Part shown: positions 43,475 to 54,215 of the stretch, in pieces
Layout: the number at the start of each line of letters is the position of its first letter
Numbering within the stretch: the first letter of the stretch is position 1
Assembly: GCA_963779615.1 (NCBI GenBank)
Contig: CAVZZA010000005.1
Location: 608,001 to 672,000, forward strand
Direction of reading: 5' to 3'
Source of the DNA: an uncultured Nitrososphaeraceae archaeon
GTDB lineage: Archaea; Thermoproteota; Nitrososphaeria; Nitrososphaerales; Nitrososphaeraceae
DNA: 64,000 nt
Program-made: the position numbers and the translations under genes
The notes under the pieces: model-generated
Told to the model about the DNA's origin: nothing
The model's input: the letters and a program-made list of their open reading frames with translations, nothing else
The model's database searches: none

Positions 43475-44578
43475 ATGAAAATTGGTATAATTGCAGATGG
43501 AAAGGAGCAGGAAGGGGGAACCAAGGAGGTCATCAACCACATCAAAAGATCGTTTCAGGATAGAGACATAGGGGTGGAATACGTTAATGAGGAAACCTAT
43601 TTGCCAAAAATATTTCCCATCAAGTGGAAAGACTTGTTCAGGCTCTTTTACCTGAGAGGAATATCCAACATTGATCTTTCCAGGTATGACACAGTCATAA
43701 CTTTGCAGCCTGATTCTCACTGCATCAAACACAAAAACCACATTGTTTACTTTCAACACCACAAGAAACAGTATTATGATTTGTTTTGGCACTCCCTGAA
43801 GTTGAAAAAAAAATTGAGGAAAAAGGCAATGTTTCTTGTTTTGGCCGGGGCGGCCAGACTCGCAGACAGGTTTTACCTGACACCGAATCTAAAAAAATCA
43901 TTTGTCGCAGTTAACAGTCCTGTGGTTGGTGATAGGCTAAAGAAATACAACAAGATATCCAATTTCCGCGTCATTTATCCTGGTTGTGATGACGTAAAGG
44001 GGCACACTCAAAACAGTGACTCAGCAACAGACGGGATGGAAAATACAAACGACATTCCAACCATTTTGGCATTTTCCAGGCTAAATGTAACACAAAAAGG
44101 CATCGACATAATTATCCAGACCGCGTCAACAATGCCACACTGTAAATTTATCGTGGCTGGCCCTTATGACAACACTATCGACGAAATCGACAGAAAAAAC
44201 TTGCCGGACAATGTAAATCTCATTGCCAAAGAATTCTCTGCACAAGAAAAGTTTAACCTATTCAGTAACTGCGACTTATTTTTGGCACCCTATTTGGAGG
44301 AGGATTTTGGCATCACGCCCATTGAAGCCAATGCCTTTGGCAAGCCGGTTGTCTACTGCGACGATAGCGGTGGAATTGTCTACACCCAAAAACATCGGGA
44401 AACAGGGTTTATGTGCAAAAGAGCGACTGCGGATCTTGCTGATGGGATAGAGTATTGCCTAAAAAACAGGGAGGCAATGAGAACGGCATGCATCAACAAC
44501 TCTACAGAGTATTCGTGGAGCAGGTTTGAGGAATGTTTTAGGGAGTACGTTGACAAACTAAATGCCGGGGCACCTTAA
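43475..44578 (+). CDS. GT4 glycosyltransferase (WbaZ/ALG2-like mannosyltransferase)
   Basis: IVYFQH, VNS...VIYPG, FSRL...KGID, EEDFGITPIEANAFGKPV, SGG. Confidence 0.85.
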   Translation: MKIGIIADGKEQEGGTKEVINHIKRSFQDRDIGVEYVNEETYLPKIFPIKWKDLFRLFYLRGISNIDLSRYDTVITLQPDSHCIKHKNHIVYFQHHKKQYYDLFWHSLKLKKKLRKKAMFLVLAGAARLADRFYLTPNLKKSFVAVNSPVVGDRLKKYNKISNFRVIYPGCDDVKGHTQNSDSATDGMENTNDIPTILAFSRLNVTQKGIDIIIQTASTMPHCKFIVAGPYDNTIDEIDRKNLPDNVNLIAKEFSAQEKFNLFSNCDLFLAPYLEEDFGITPIEANAFGKPVVYCDDSGGIVYTQKHRETGFMCKRATADLADGIEYCLKNREAMRTACINNSTEYSWSRFEECFREYVDKLNAGAP

Positions 44579-44818
44579 CGGTCTAAAAACCAAGGCCCAT
44601 TTTAAACCAACACAAACACCACACCAACATCTAAAAAAGGTACGAACTGAGCGTTTAATCGCATTTTACCAAAATAGATCAAACTACACAACAAGGAAGG
44701 CATTTAATGAAATATTGGATATCCAGAAGCATTAAATTGGCATCAGCATCCACACCAGATTGTCAACAAAAATCACAGGAATATAGGTTACCAGTCAACA
44801 AATCCATTGCCATGGCAT

Positions 44819-45832
44819 TCATGACTGTTTTTGAAAGACAACCATGATTGATGTGAATAGGATGTTTCGGATTTTAAGGAGTAATAGCGGGTGGCTTTTT
44901 TTGTATTCTTCATCCACATTGTCCCAGTTCGCATCAATTGTAAAATGGTCTATTATGGTATCCAAAGTGCTTGCCGTCATCCTTAGGTCAAGTGGCTCCA
45001 CAGGTTTTAGTTTGCCTAGCTTGTCGATTAGATCCGAATATATTGTTTTTTTGTTGAAGAATTCAGGGTGTTTTTTACCGTTGAGTATGTATTCTGTTGC
45101 TATTACGGCAATACCCCCTGGCTTTAGCACCCGCTCTATTTCCCTCATGCTCTTTAATGCCCCAGAATGATTTTTTCCGCCAAAATGCTCTATCGAGGAA
45201 AACGAAAATGCGATGTCAAACGTCTCGTCGGGAAAGTCCAGTTTTGAGCCGTCCATCCTCAACACCGTTAACGCATCTTCATCATATGGAAACGGGGCAT
45301 ACCTTTTAGGGTCCCTAAGAAATCCGAGTGGTGCAGCTTTTTTCCACGATTCATTGTCTTCATAAAGGTCAGTTGCGTAAACTCGGGATATTTTGTTTGC
45401 AAGGTAAAAAGGAATTGGCTCGGTGCCGCTACCAACTCCTATAGCTGTGCTTGATTTATTTAGTTTATCGAATCTCTTCATGGCGATTATGCCAATGGCC
45501 CATTCCCAGTCTTTTCTGTGGATCAGCCCCTGCGGGTTGAGTTTCTGCAGTTCCACCAGGGTTTCCCTAATTTCAGGATTTTCCCAGTCCTCAACATAGC
45601 ACAGCCTGTTTAGATTTGTCTTGGACCCACTGCCGGAGTCTATTTTGTAGTGTGAGTTTTTCTTTAAATTTGACACAAAACCTTCTATTTCCTTTTCGTC
45701 CAGCGAATTACACTTGTCTTCAATCTTTGCCCATTTTTTGCCTTGTATTATGTCCTTCACAATCGAAGGGTGACGCCTTACGGAGTTTATTTTTCTTTTT
45801 AAGGTCAAATTAAATATTAAACTGTTTTTCAC
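44819..45832 (-). CDS. class I SAM-dependent methyltransferase, paralogue 2
   Basis: IHRKDWEW, AIGVGSG, FSSIEHFGG, ERVLKPGG. Confidence 0.9.
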   Translation of the reverse strand: MKNSLIFNLTLKRKINSVRRHPSIVKDIIQGKKWAKIEDKCNSLDEKEIEGFVSNLKKNSHYKIDSGSGSKTNLNRLCYVEDWENPEIRETLVELQKLNPQGLIHRKDWEWAIGIIAMKRFDKLNKSSTAIGVGSGTEPIPFYLANKISRVYATDLYEDNESWKKAAPLGFLRDPKRYAPFPYDEDALTVLRMDGSKLDFPDETFDIAFSFSSIEHFGGKNHSGALKSMREIERVLKPGGIAVIATEYILNGKKHPEFFNKKTIYSDLIDKLGKLKPVEPLDLRMTASTLDTIIDHFTIDANWDNVDEEYKKSHPLLLLKIRNILFTSIMVVFQKQS

Positions 45833-46220
45833 GATTGTTATTTAATCTTTAAAAAGGACAGACAACCGATAAAAGCAACGTAATCGTGTCTCTCATTCCA
45901 AGCGGATTTCCGTTCAACAAGGTGGAAAAAAAGCCATCTTTTGAAATGAGGCGATAGTTGCAAAGAATTTGCTGCAAGTTAATTTCCCCCCACAATAGCG
46001 CACAACAAAGGACTAGTCAGATAGGTTTAGCATTGTTTTTTATCCACCCAGATCTCATTCAGATAAAATACGGCAGGATTTTATCACCATATGCAAAAAA
46101 TATTTTATTATGGCATACCTTAGCTCTTGCCATCTGTCAACATCTTTAAGCAGAATATGCTCATATTTTTTGTCGATTGAATTATAATAACGCCATTAAA
46201 TAAAAATACATACAAATATA

Positions 46221-47246
46221 ATGGAAAGTCATGACAATCCAAAAATAATATTCTTGGCATGGGCTCCATTTAGTCCCAGAACACAAAATTTGGCAGAGAG
46301 TTTGGGAGCAAAAATCAACCTATTGAATTACAAGTTTAGAAAAAAACTGTACTCGCCATTAAAGTATCCCGTGCTGTTTGTAAAGACTCTCAAAATCTTA
46401 AGAAAGGAAAACCCAGACATAATAATCAATCAAATACCCCCAATATTTTGCGCTATTTCCGTATTGGCATACAAGAAATTTTCGCCTGGGAAGAAGAAAA
46501 AGTGCAGCATGATAATTGATGCGCATACGGGGGCTTTTAACAGGCCCTGGACATTCCTCAAACCATTAAACAAGCTGGCCATGAAAAAAGCAGATTTGGT
46601 AATAGTTACCAATAATGATCTCAAGGCCAAAGTGCTAAAAGACTATAATGTTGATTCAAAGGTACTGGAGGACAGGGTTCCAGACTTTAGCGTCACCACT
46701 GTTCCTGCCTATAAAGAAAAGGACGATTCGCCCTATTCTTTCAGTGTAGCCTTTATTTGCTCTTTTGCGTATGATGAGCCTTTGGAAAACATAATACAGG
46801 CAGCTGTGGATTTGCCCGAAACAAGATTTTTTATAACTGGGGACTATTCAAAAATGGACAGCAACAAGAAACGGGCTCTTGAAAATAAACCAGGCAATGT
46901 AATTTTTACCGGCTTTGTTAGTTATGATGACTATGTGTCCTTGCTTAGGTATGTGGATGCGGTGATTGTTCTCACCAACAGAGACAAAACAATGCTGTCA
47001 GGAGCCTTTGAGGCATTGGCTGTGGGAAAACCCCTGATTACATCAAACTGGAATTGCCTGATGCAATACTATAGCAAGGGAGCAATTTGCACAGACAACT
47101 CCACCACTCAAATAAAGGAGGCAATACAGACGGTTCAGGGAAAAAAAGAACAGTTGGAAAAAGAAATGATTCAACTCAAGGATGAAAGGGTAAAAGAGTG
47201 GGATGAGAGGTTTTACCACTTGAAGGAAAGCATATTAAACAAATAG
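46221..47246 (+). CDS. GT-B glycosyltransferase, ALG1-like pattern
   Basis: FSPRTQNLAESL, INQIPP, IIDAH, VTN...LEDRVP, SFAYDEP, EALAVGKPLI. Confidence 0.8.
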   Translation: MESHDNPKIIFLAWAPFSPRTQNLAESLGAKINLLNYKFRKKLYSPLKYPVLFVKTLKILRKENPDIIINQIPPIFCAISVLAYKKFSPGKKKKCSMIIDAHTGAFNRPWTFLKPLNKLAMKKADLVIVTNNDLKAKVLKDYNVDSKVLEDRVPDFSVTTVPAYKEKDDSPYSFSVAFICSFAYDEPLENIIQAAVDLPETRFFITGDYSKMDSNKKRALENKPGNVIFTGFVSYDDYVSLLRYVDAVIVLTNRDKTMLSGAFEALAVGKPLITSNWNCLMQYYSKGAICTDNSTTQIKEAIQTVQGKKEQLEKEMIQLKDERVKEWDERFYHLKESILNK

Positions 47247-47571
47247 GATCCCGCAGTAAAGGAAAACGAAACTCATTGCAAATGCGTTCCATTGCCTTTA
47301 CGGTATTCGCTGGCGGAACAATTTAACCTAAGGATGAAAAATGGCGTTAAACACATCACCACACTGGTTTTGCAATTTATTACATATGTATCTGGGTGGG
47401 ATCCACAAGGACAACAACGGGAAAACCGAGAACCCATATAGGCAGGCCTTTCGGATATGCCACCTATCAATAGACTTAACTCGTCATTAAAAAGCATAGC
47501 AAAACACCTGCGGGCAGACAGCCTGTTGCGGGGGTTTCAAACACACAAGGAAGCGACAACAAGAGATACAT

Positions 47572-48813
47572 ATGGAAAAAGTAATGCAGTATACAGAAAA
47601 AAGAATGAAAATACTGATGGTATGCGCCGAATACCCGCCCATGGCTGGAGGCATAGGACGGTATACAGCAAATTTGACAAAGAATATTCAAAAACTGGGA
47701 TTTGATGTATACGTGGCATGCAATGAGAAAGGAGATGGGCACTATTCTGGCATATCACCTTCAAATCAGGAAAACTCCAGCATTTTATTGAAAATAGTTG
47801 ATGACCTAAAACCAGACATCATTCATGTGCAGTTTGATGTTGGGTTGTATGGTTTAAGATTTGATCAGAAGCAGCCAAAAAAAGTAGAAACATACATTGA
47901 CGAGTTTTATGACGAATGCAAAACCCCCATAGTAACAACATTTCATTCTGGAAAAAGTGTTTATTTTGGCTATGTGACACTAGAGTCTTTATTAAAAAAG
48001 GAAGGCAGGATGGGATTTGCGGGAACCCCTGTTAGGCTACTGCTCAGGCTATGGAGATACTCTTTGAATTACCTTGGGGTCAACAGCATATATGGGGACA
48101 AATTAAAAAAAAGCCATTCAGGCATAGTATTTTCACATTTCATGTCAAGGAAAATCGGGGGCGGCAGATGCCAGGTGATTTACCATGGGTCTGAGCCGGC
48201 CATGGGCCATTCTAGCTCAAATAAAACTGAAGCAAGAAAGAGACTTTCCATTCAGGGCATCAGGGACGATGAAAGAATAGCTTTGGCTGTTGGATTCACA
48301 AGTGACGGAAAGGGGTGGGACCTTCTTGAAAAGATAAAGATGCCCAAAGGATGGAAGTTGGTGACAAACTCATCGAAAAGCCATTTCAACAACGAGAACA
48401 TCAAACCGAACTGGAAAGAGTCACCAAACATAATAGATTTGCAGAGGGGCTACCTTGGCGAGGAAGAGCTATCAATGCTGTTCTATGCCTCTGATGCAGT
48501 GATATTGCCATACAAGGCTGCTTCTGGCTCAGGTGTCATGTTTGACGCCTTGGCGCACGGCCTGCCGTTTATAGCAACTGATCTGGAGTTTTTCAAGGAG
48601 TTTGCAGTCCAGGGGTTAGGCATAGCGATAAAAAGAAACCCCAATGACTTTTCCAAAGCATTAGGCATTCTTGCGGATAATTACGATAAATATTACCAAT
48701 CAGTGAACAAATTCAAAGAGAAAATAAAGTGGAGGACTGTTGCTGAGGAACACTCTAATCTGTATAACAACATTATAAAAAAACCAAATAAAACAACACA
48801 TACAGTTCAATAA
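47572..48813 (+). CDS. GT4 glycosyltransferase, paralogue D
   Basis: KILMVCAEYPPMAGGIGRYT, PIVTTFH, SGVMFDALAHGLPFIATD. Confidence 0.92.
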   Translation: MEKVMQYTEKRMKILMVCAEYPPMAGGIGRYTANLTKNIQKLGFDVYVACNEKGDGHYSGISPSNQENSSILLKIVDDLKPDIIHVQFDVGLYGLRFDQKQPKKVETYIDEFYDECKTPIVTTFHSGKSVYFGYVTLESLLKKEGRMGFAGTPVRLLLRLWRYSLNYLGVNSIYGDKLKKSHSGIVFSHFMSRKIGGGRCQVIYHGSEPAMGHSSSNKTEARKRLSIQGIRDDERIALAVGFTSDGKGWDLLEKIKMPKGWKLVTNSSKSHFNNENIKPNWKESPNIIDLQRGYLGEEELSMLFYASDAVILPYKAASGSGVMFDALAHGLPFIATDLEFFKEFAVQGLGIAIKRNPNDFSKALGILADNYDKYYQSVNKFKEKIKWRTVAEEHSNLYNNIIKKPNKTTHTVQ

Positions 48814-49234
48814 AGTTTCATTATAGGATATGTAAATCGATTCAATTCCAGACAGTCATTTACATTGAAAAATAAAACCAAAGTTTAAAACGCATATCTA
48901 AATCTAGTAATAACTCGGCATTTATCAAAAAAATTTTAAAAATGTTCCTCAATAATGTATTTTTATGAATACCACCATTAAAAAAATAAATTCAAAAATA
49001 ACCATCCCAATCCCGAAAAATTATTTAATATGTTGTCTTTATGAAATTTTTTTACGAGTATTTTATAAGGTAATATATTCATCCTAAAATTGCTTTTTTA
49101 TTAATAAAGTAGCATAACAAATTTTTTTATGGGTTTATGCGTTACATCAATAATAATTATTTCATTCACTATCTTTAAAACGTCAAAAGTAAAAGTAACA
49201 TAAAATTTTTTATTATCATAGCCAAATTTTAATT

Positions 49235-50308
49235 TTATTGTTGTTTTTGGAAAACAATCATTATTGAAGTAATTAGCATACCTTCGACTCTAACAAGTAG
49301 TAAAGGATTATTCCTTTTAAATTCATCATTGTTTAGTGATTTGTCCCAATATACAGCTGATTCGTAGTCTATGACCTTATCTAGAGTATTTGTTGTTATT
49401 CTCAAATCTAAAGGCTCTACCGGTTTTAGTTTGTCTAGCTTGTCAATCAAATCCGAATATATTGTTTTTTTGTTGAAGAACTCCGGATGCTCTTTATCGT
49501 TGAGTATGTATTCTGTTGTTATGATTGCAATGCCCCCTGGCTTTAGCACCCGCTCTATTTCCCTCATGGCTTTTAGTGCCCCAGAGTGATTTTCCCCACC
49601 AAAATGCTCTATGGAGGAAAATGAGAATGCGATGTCAAACGTCTCGTCAGGAAAATCCAGTTTTGAGCCGTCCATCCTCAACACCGTTAGCGCATCTTCA
49701 TCATACGGAAATGGGGCATACTTTTTAGGGTCCCTAAGAAAATCTGTTGGAGCAAAGTTTTTCCAACCCTTTCCATCATAAAGGTCCGTAGCATAAACAC
49801 GGGATACTTTATTTGCAAGGTAAAAGAGAATCTCTTCTCTTCCAGCACCTATGCCTATTGCCACATTATCTTTTTTTAATTTTCCAAATCTTTCCATCGC
49901 CATTACTCCAAGGGCCCACTCCCAGTCTTTTCTGTGGATAAGACCCTGTTTTCTGCTATTTACTATGCTTGTTTTCATTTCCCAACCAACTTTATTAATA
50001 TAGTCATCTTTACTCGCATGCTGCAATTCTAAAATAATTTTTTTTATATCACCATTTTGCCAATCTTCTATGCTGCATAGTCTATTTAACTTTGGATTGT
50101 TATTTACGTTAATTTCATTGTATTGTACTGGGTTTTTCTTTAAAGATGAAATAAAAGCATTAACCTCTTTTAGAGATTGCATCTCAAATTGTTTCTTGTC
50201 CAGTTCCCTAACCTTGGATTCTATCTCATCCCTACTCTTGCCCAAGACAATATATTTTATGATGGCAGGGTGTTTTTTTATAGAGTCAATTTTGACTTTA
50301 AAGTTCAA
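49235..50308 (-). CDS. class I SAM-dependent methyltransferase, paralogue 3
   Basis: IHRKDWEW, AIGIGAG, FSSIEHFGG, ERVLKPGG; ~20-aa insertion relative to the other paralogues. Confidence 0.9.
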   Translation of the reverse strand: MNFKVKIDSIKKHPAIIKYIVLGKSRDEIESKVRELDKKQFEMQSLKEVNAFISSLKKNPVQYNEINVNNNPKLNRLCSIEDWQNGDIKKIILELQHASKDDYINKVGWEMKTSIVNSRKQGLIHRKDWEWALGVMAMERFGKLKKDNVAIGIGAGREEILFYLANKVSRVYATDLYDGKGWKNFAPTDFLRDPKKYAPFPYDEDALTVLRMDGSKLDFPDETFDIAFSFSSIEHFGGENHSGALKAMREIERVLKPGGIAIITTEYILNDKEHPEFFNKKTIYSDLIDKLDKLKPVEPLDLRITTNTLDKVIDYESAVYWDKSLNNDEFKRNNPLLLVRVEGMLITSIMIVFQKQQ

Positions 50309-50527
50309 TACATCTAATATAAGATTAAATTATTCTACTTTAAGATTTTCATAGCAAGGAATAAAAAAACGCTTAGGTGAACATGATCCAAAGAATATTC
50401 TTTTTGTTTGCTACTACAATAACATAGTACAAGAGAAAGGCCATAAAAAAAATGTTAGCAAAAGTTCTTGAGGATATAATAAAAACAAGATTAAAACCTT
50501 TATTAAACAAGAAATAAAAAAAATATA

Positions 50528-51502
50528 ATGCTTGAAAAGTTATCGGCTTGGTTGCTGAAGGGACCAACTGGTGGGTTGGTACTCCCTTTTGATATATTTA
50601 TTTTATTCATTTTAAGGGTTTTTTATTTAGCAACAAGGATTTCCCTAAAGGTTGTTTTGGGCAAGAGAAGAAGGGACAAATTATACACAAAAGGCAAACT
50701 TTCGTATTTTAATGATGATTTTAGCGCCTCATTTTTGGCCTTGATGTATATATCCCATATCAAGAAATTTTTGAGATTGGGCAACATTTTATTGTTAAAA
50801 TTAAGCGTACCCAAATACAATTACAAAGTATATTGTCCAGCCAACAAAGACGATTTCATAAGCATGACAATACGGGAAGATGAACTGCTGGTGCGCTTCA
50901 ACCCCAAAGAAGGAGAAGTGGTTGTTGATATTGGTGCCCACATAGGACGCTATACGCTCATAGGCTCAAAGCGTGTTGGGCCAAAAGGGAAGGTAGTTGC
51001 TATTGAAGCCCATCCTTCGGTGTTAAAAATGCTGAATAAAAACATCAAATTAAACAACCTCACTAATGTTACAGCATTAAACTATGCTGTCTATTCAGAA
51101 GAGACAAAAATAAAACTTTATGATCACAGTAAACAAGTAGGTGCAACCATTTACAACACAGTAATGGCAGGCAGGGTAAGAGACCAGGATGTATTTGTAG
51201 AGGTAGAAGCAAACACATTGGACAACATACTACAACAAAACGGGGTAAATGCAGAGGATGTCAACTGGGTGAAAATCGATGTTGAGGGGGCGGAGCTTGA
51301 GGTTTTGAGGGGGGCTACCAATGTCCTGTCCAAAAGCAAAAACATTACGATGTTTGTGGAAATTCACAATGTTGACAGCAATAGTAAAAACTATTATACC
51401 TCAATAATGGATTTACTTGCCCATTATAATTTCAAAATCGAATTGGAGTTATCATATAAGTCAGGAGAGAAACACGTTATTTTAAGAAAGCATCTGGTTT
51501 GA
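50528..51502 (+). CDS. FkbM family methyltransferase, paralogue 3
   Basis: VVDIGAHIGRY, VKIDVEGAELEVL. Confidence 0.92.
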   Translation: MLEKLSAWLLKGPTGGLVLPFDIFILFILRVFYLATRISLKVVLGKRRRDKLYTKGKLSYFNDDFSASFLALMYISHIKKFLRLGNILLLKLSVPKYNYKVYCPANKDDFISMTIREDELLVRFNPKEGEVVVDIGAHIGRYTLIGSKRVGPKGKVVAIEAHPSVLKMLNKNIKLNNLTNVTALNYAVYSEETKIKLYDHSKQVGATIYNTVMAGRVRDQDVFVEVEANTLDNILQQNGVNAEDVNWVKIDVEGAELEVLRGATNVLSKSKNITMFVEIHNVDSNSKNYYTSIMDLLAHYNFKIELELSYKSGEKHVILRKHLV

Positions 51503-51810
51503 CAAAGGCTAGATCATTGTAAAAAGAAGGATTTTTAATTATTTGTTTTGTTTGTTTTTTGTTTTTTTACGGCACTTATTCTATAATAATTTTTATCAAT
51601 AATTTTGGGAGGATTCTTTTCCCATTAACGAACCAAGAAAAAATACAAGTCAAGAAAGCAAACAAAAAGACATTGAAAATCATTCTGGACTTGTGACATA
51701 GATACTATTTAAAAATTTAATAGAATATGGTCACTTATACACTACAATTTTTTGCGGCCCGTTCTCAAGATGTTTGTTGGATATCGAAAAGAAAGTGTAT
51801 GTTTACGACA

Positions 51811-53019
51811 TCATCTTTTCCCATCATCAACAAGCCAATTTGATATGAACAACCTTAGATTCTTCCTAAAAGCCTCGGCAGAAAATTTTTTTGCGTATTC
51901 TCTTAATCTTTGAGACTCGGTTATGCTCCATGACGACAATGCGCTTTTTACAGATTCAACAGCTTCCTCAATATTGCTGTATCTATATTTTTCATCCACT
52001 ATTTTGTCAAACTTTGCAGCACCCGAGTCATGCGCCACTGGAATGATACCCGCACTCATTGCCTCAACAAAAGCAATCCCAAAATGCTCTCCCAAAAAGC
52101 TATGCAACATGACCTTGGATTTCCTTAAAACACTAATTTTATCCTCGATTGTTGCATTAACATGAAAACCTACATTTTTGGGAGCATCCTTTTGTAGCTT
52201 TTCCAGGTACCATGCCTTATCCAAAGTGACGCTTCCAACAAGCTCAAACCTTGTATCGGGCAACCGTCGAGCCACCTCCAATATTGTCTCGTACCTTTTT
52301 TCCTGGGTAAACCTACCGATAGAACAAACAACGTCTTCCCTCGTTTGGTCATCATTTAATGGAAATGAATACTGAGGGCATGGTGGATAAATCACAACAG
52401 AATCCATTCCCCATGCGGATTTTATTGCGTTTTTAGTATAGTTGCTGTTGGTGATTATAGTAGACTGTTTTATGTAATCCAAATTATGTGATATGAACAT
52501 CCATGGCTTTATGTATAGCCTTTTCAAGGTGTTTTTCTGATATTTTTCGCTTTCAACCTCCAAATCAACAGGATAATGAACATACACAATGGTACGCCTG
52601 GCCATATCTTTGGGAATAAGGCTAGACCCGCCTGTGACCAAAACGAAATCAACCTTGTGTTTTTTTATCAATTTCTTAAAGAAAAAGTATGAATAGACCA
52701 GTCTTTGGTACGCTCCCTAAAAATGGAAGAATTTCATTCCTGCCAATGGATTTTACAAACCCGTCTATGGAATCCGTAACATCAATTCCTATTCTCTCCA
52801 GGCTCTCCTCTTTTTTAGGGTATGCACTGGCACACAGAAAAACTTTAGAGCCCATTTCGTGCATAGCTTTGATTGAATGCAAACCAACATGTTCGCCACA
52901 TACGGGAATTGCCAATGCTATTAGCAACTCTCTCCGTAGGCTTCCATGTTGTAGTGCACCACGCCCACATTGACATTATTCAAATCATTAGCATTTTTTT
53001 CCATGTCCACAATTTCCAT
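51811..53019 (-). CDS. GT4 glycosyltransferase, ALG11-like, two apparent frameshifts (~52930, ~52700)
   Basis: YVHYP, TNSNYT, VIYPP, IGRFTQEK, EHFGIAFVEAMSAG...AHDSG; upstream pieces in ORF 52676..52927 and MEIVDMEK...VGVVHY. Confidence 0.82.
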
Positions 53020-53286
53020 GATATTGTAAAAAAACAAAAATTATTATAAACCTTTAATGAGCAACCAATAACCATATTTTGGATTTAAAATATCTTGGAC
53101 TATCTTTTAAGTACATTAAAGTAAATAAATCTGGTTACATTAATCACGTAAAATAGAGAATACAAAGAGACAAAAGCCAATAATTTTTTAATCTTTGGCA
53201 TATATTTTACAATAAAGCAATATTGTTTATAGATATTTCTGTACCTATAAGAATTAATAAATGGAGTATGGCATAAATACCAACCT

Positions 53287-53838
53287 ATGGGAAAAATTAA
53301 AGACAATTTACTAAACTCAGGTAAATTTTGGAATTGGGTAGGGAGAAGGTTTTGGGAATCCCGTCAGTTTTATGGAGCGTATATTGCACTATTCATAGCC
53401 ATAACCAATTGGATCACAATTCAGTACAGACTGCTTTTGCAGAATGTTCCAGGGCTTAATTATCTTTTTTCAAACATATTCGTATTCATGGTGGTTGCGA
53501 TACTAATTTTTTCCGTAGCCAGCGTTCTGGGTGGACACTACATTCACAGGAAAAGGCAATTCAGATTGGAAAATGCTCTGGCGGTAGAAGAGAACCCTTA
53601 TTTGTACATGGCCGCACCCGGGAAAGAAAGGGATTTGATGATACCCATATTAATCCTGCAGATGGATATCTTTGAAGAAATCTTAAAAGAAAAGAATACA
53701 CTAACAGAAGAAAAGAAAAAGCAATTTGAGATGTTTAGAGAGGACTTGACGAAACTAAAACAAGGTGACCGTATTGACCGCATTAAAAAAAACACACTAA
53801 AAGAGAAACAAAAGAAATCTTTCCCAATATTGCAATAA
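53287..53838 (+). CDS. hypothetical membrane protein (2 TM)
   Basis: 183-aa ORF with two hydrophobic helices and a charged C-terminal domain (EENPYLY). Confidence 0.7.
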   Translation: MGKIKDNLLNSGKFWNWVGRRFWESRQFYGAYIALFIAITNWITIQYRLLLQNVPGLNYLFSNIFVFMVVAILIFSVASVLGGHYIHRKRQFRLENALAVEENPYLYMAAPGKERDLMIPILILQMDIFEEILKEKNTLTEEKKKQFEMFREDLTKLKQGDRIDRIKKNTLKEKQKKSFPILQ

Positions 53839-54215
53839 ATACAAAATAGAAAAAAAAATAGAGAATTAGATTATTTTGATTCTTGCTTTTCTCAACCTAA
53901 CACTTTTGCAAAAAGGATTCACAAAATGCAATATTGAGATAATTCAATTCCTTTTTCATACACCAATAATTCCTTGCTGGATGTTTTTGACAAATAGGAA
54001 GTAAACTATAACGCATTTTGTAGTAGGGTTCTGTTTGGTTAGGGTGTGTAACACTACCACCATAACCATCACCACCACCACCATTGAAATGGGTATGCCT
54101 GCCTGCACCATGTTTTTACCCAATTTTTTGAATTGTTCTGGATTAACCGTTGCCAACAAAATACTTGCACTTGGTTTTTATCTTATTGTACTATAGTCTG
54201 TTTTGACAGGCATAA

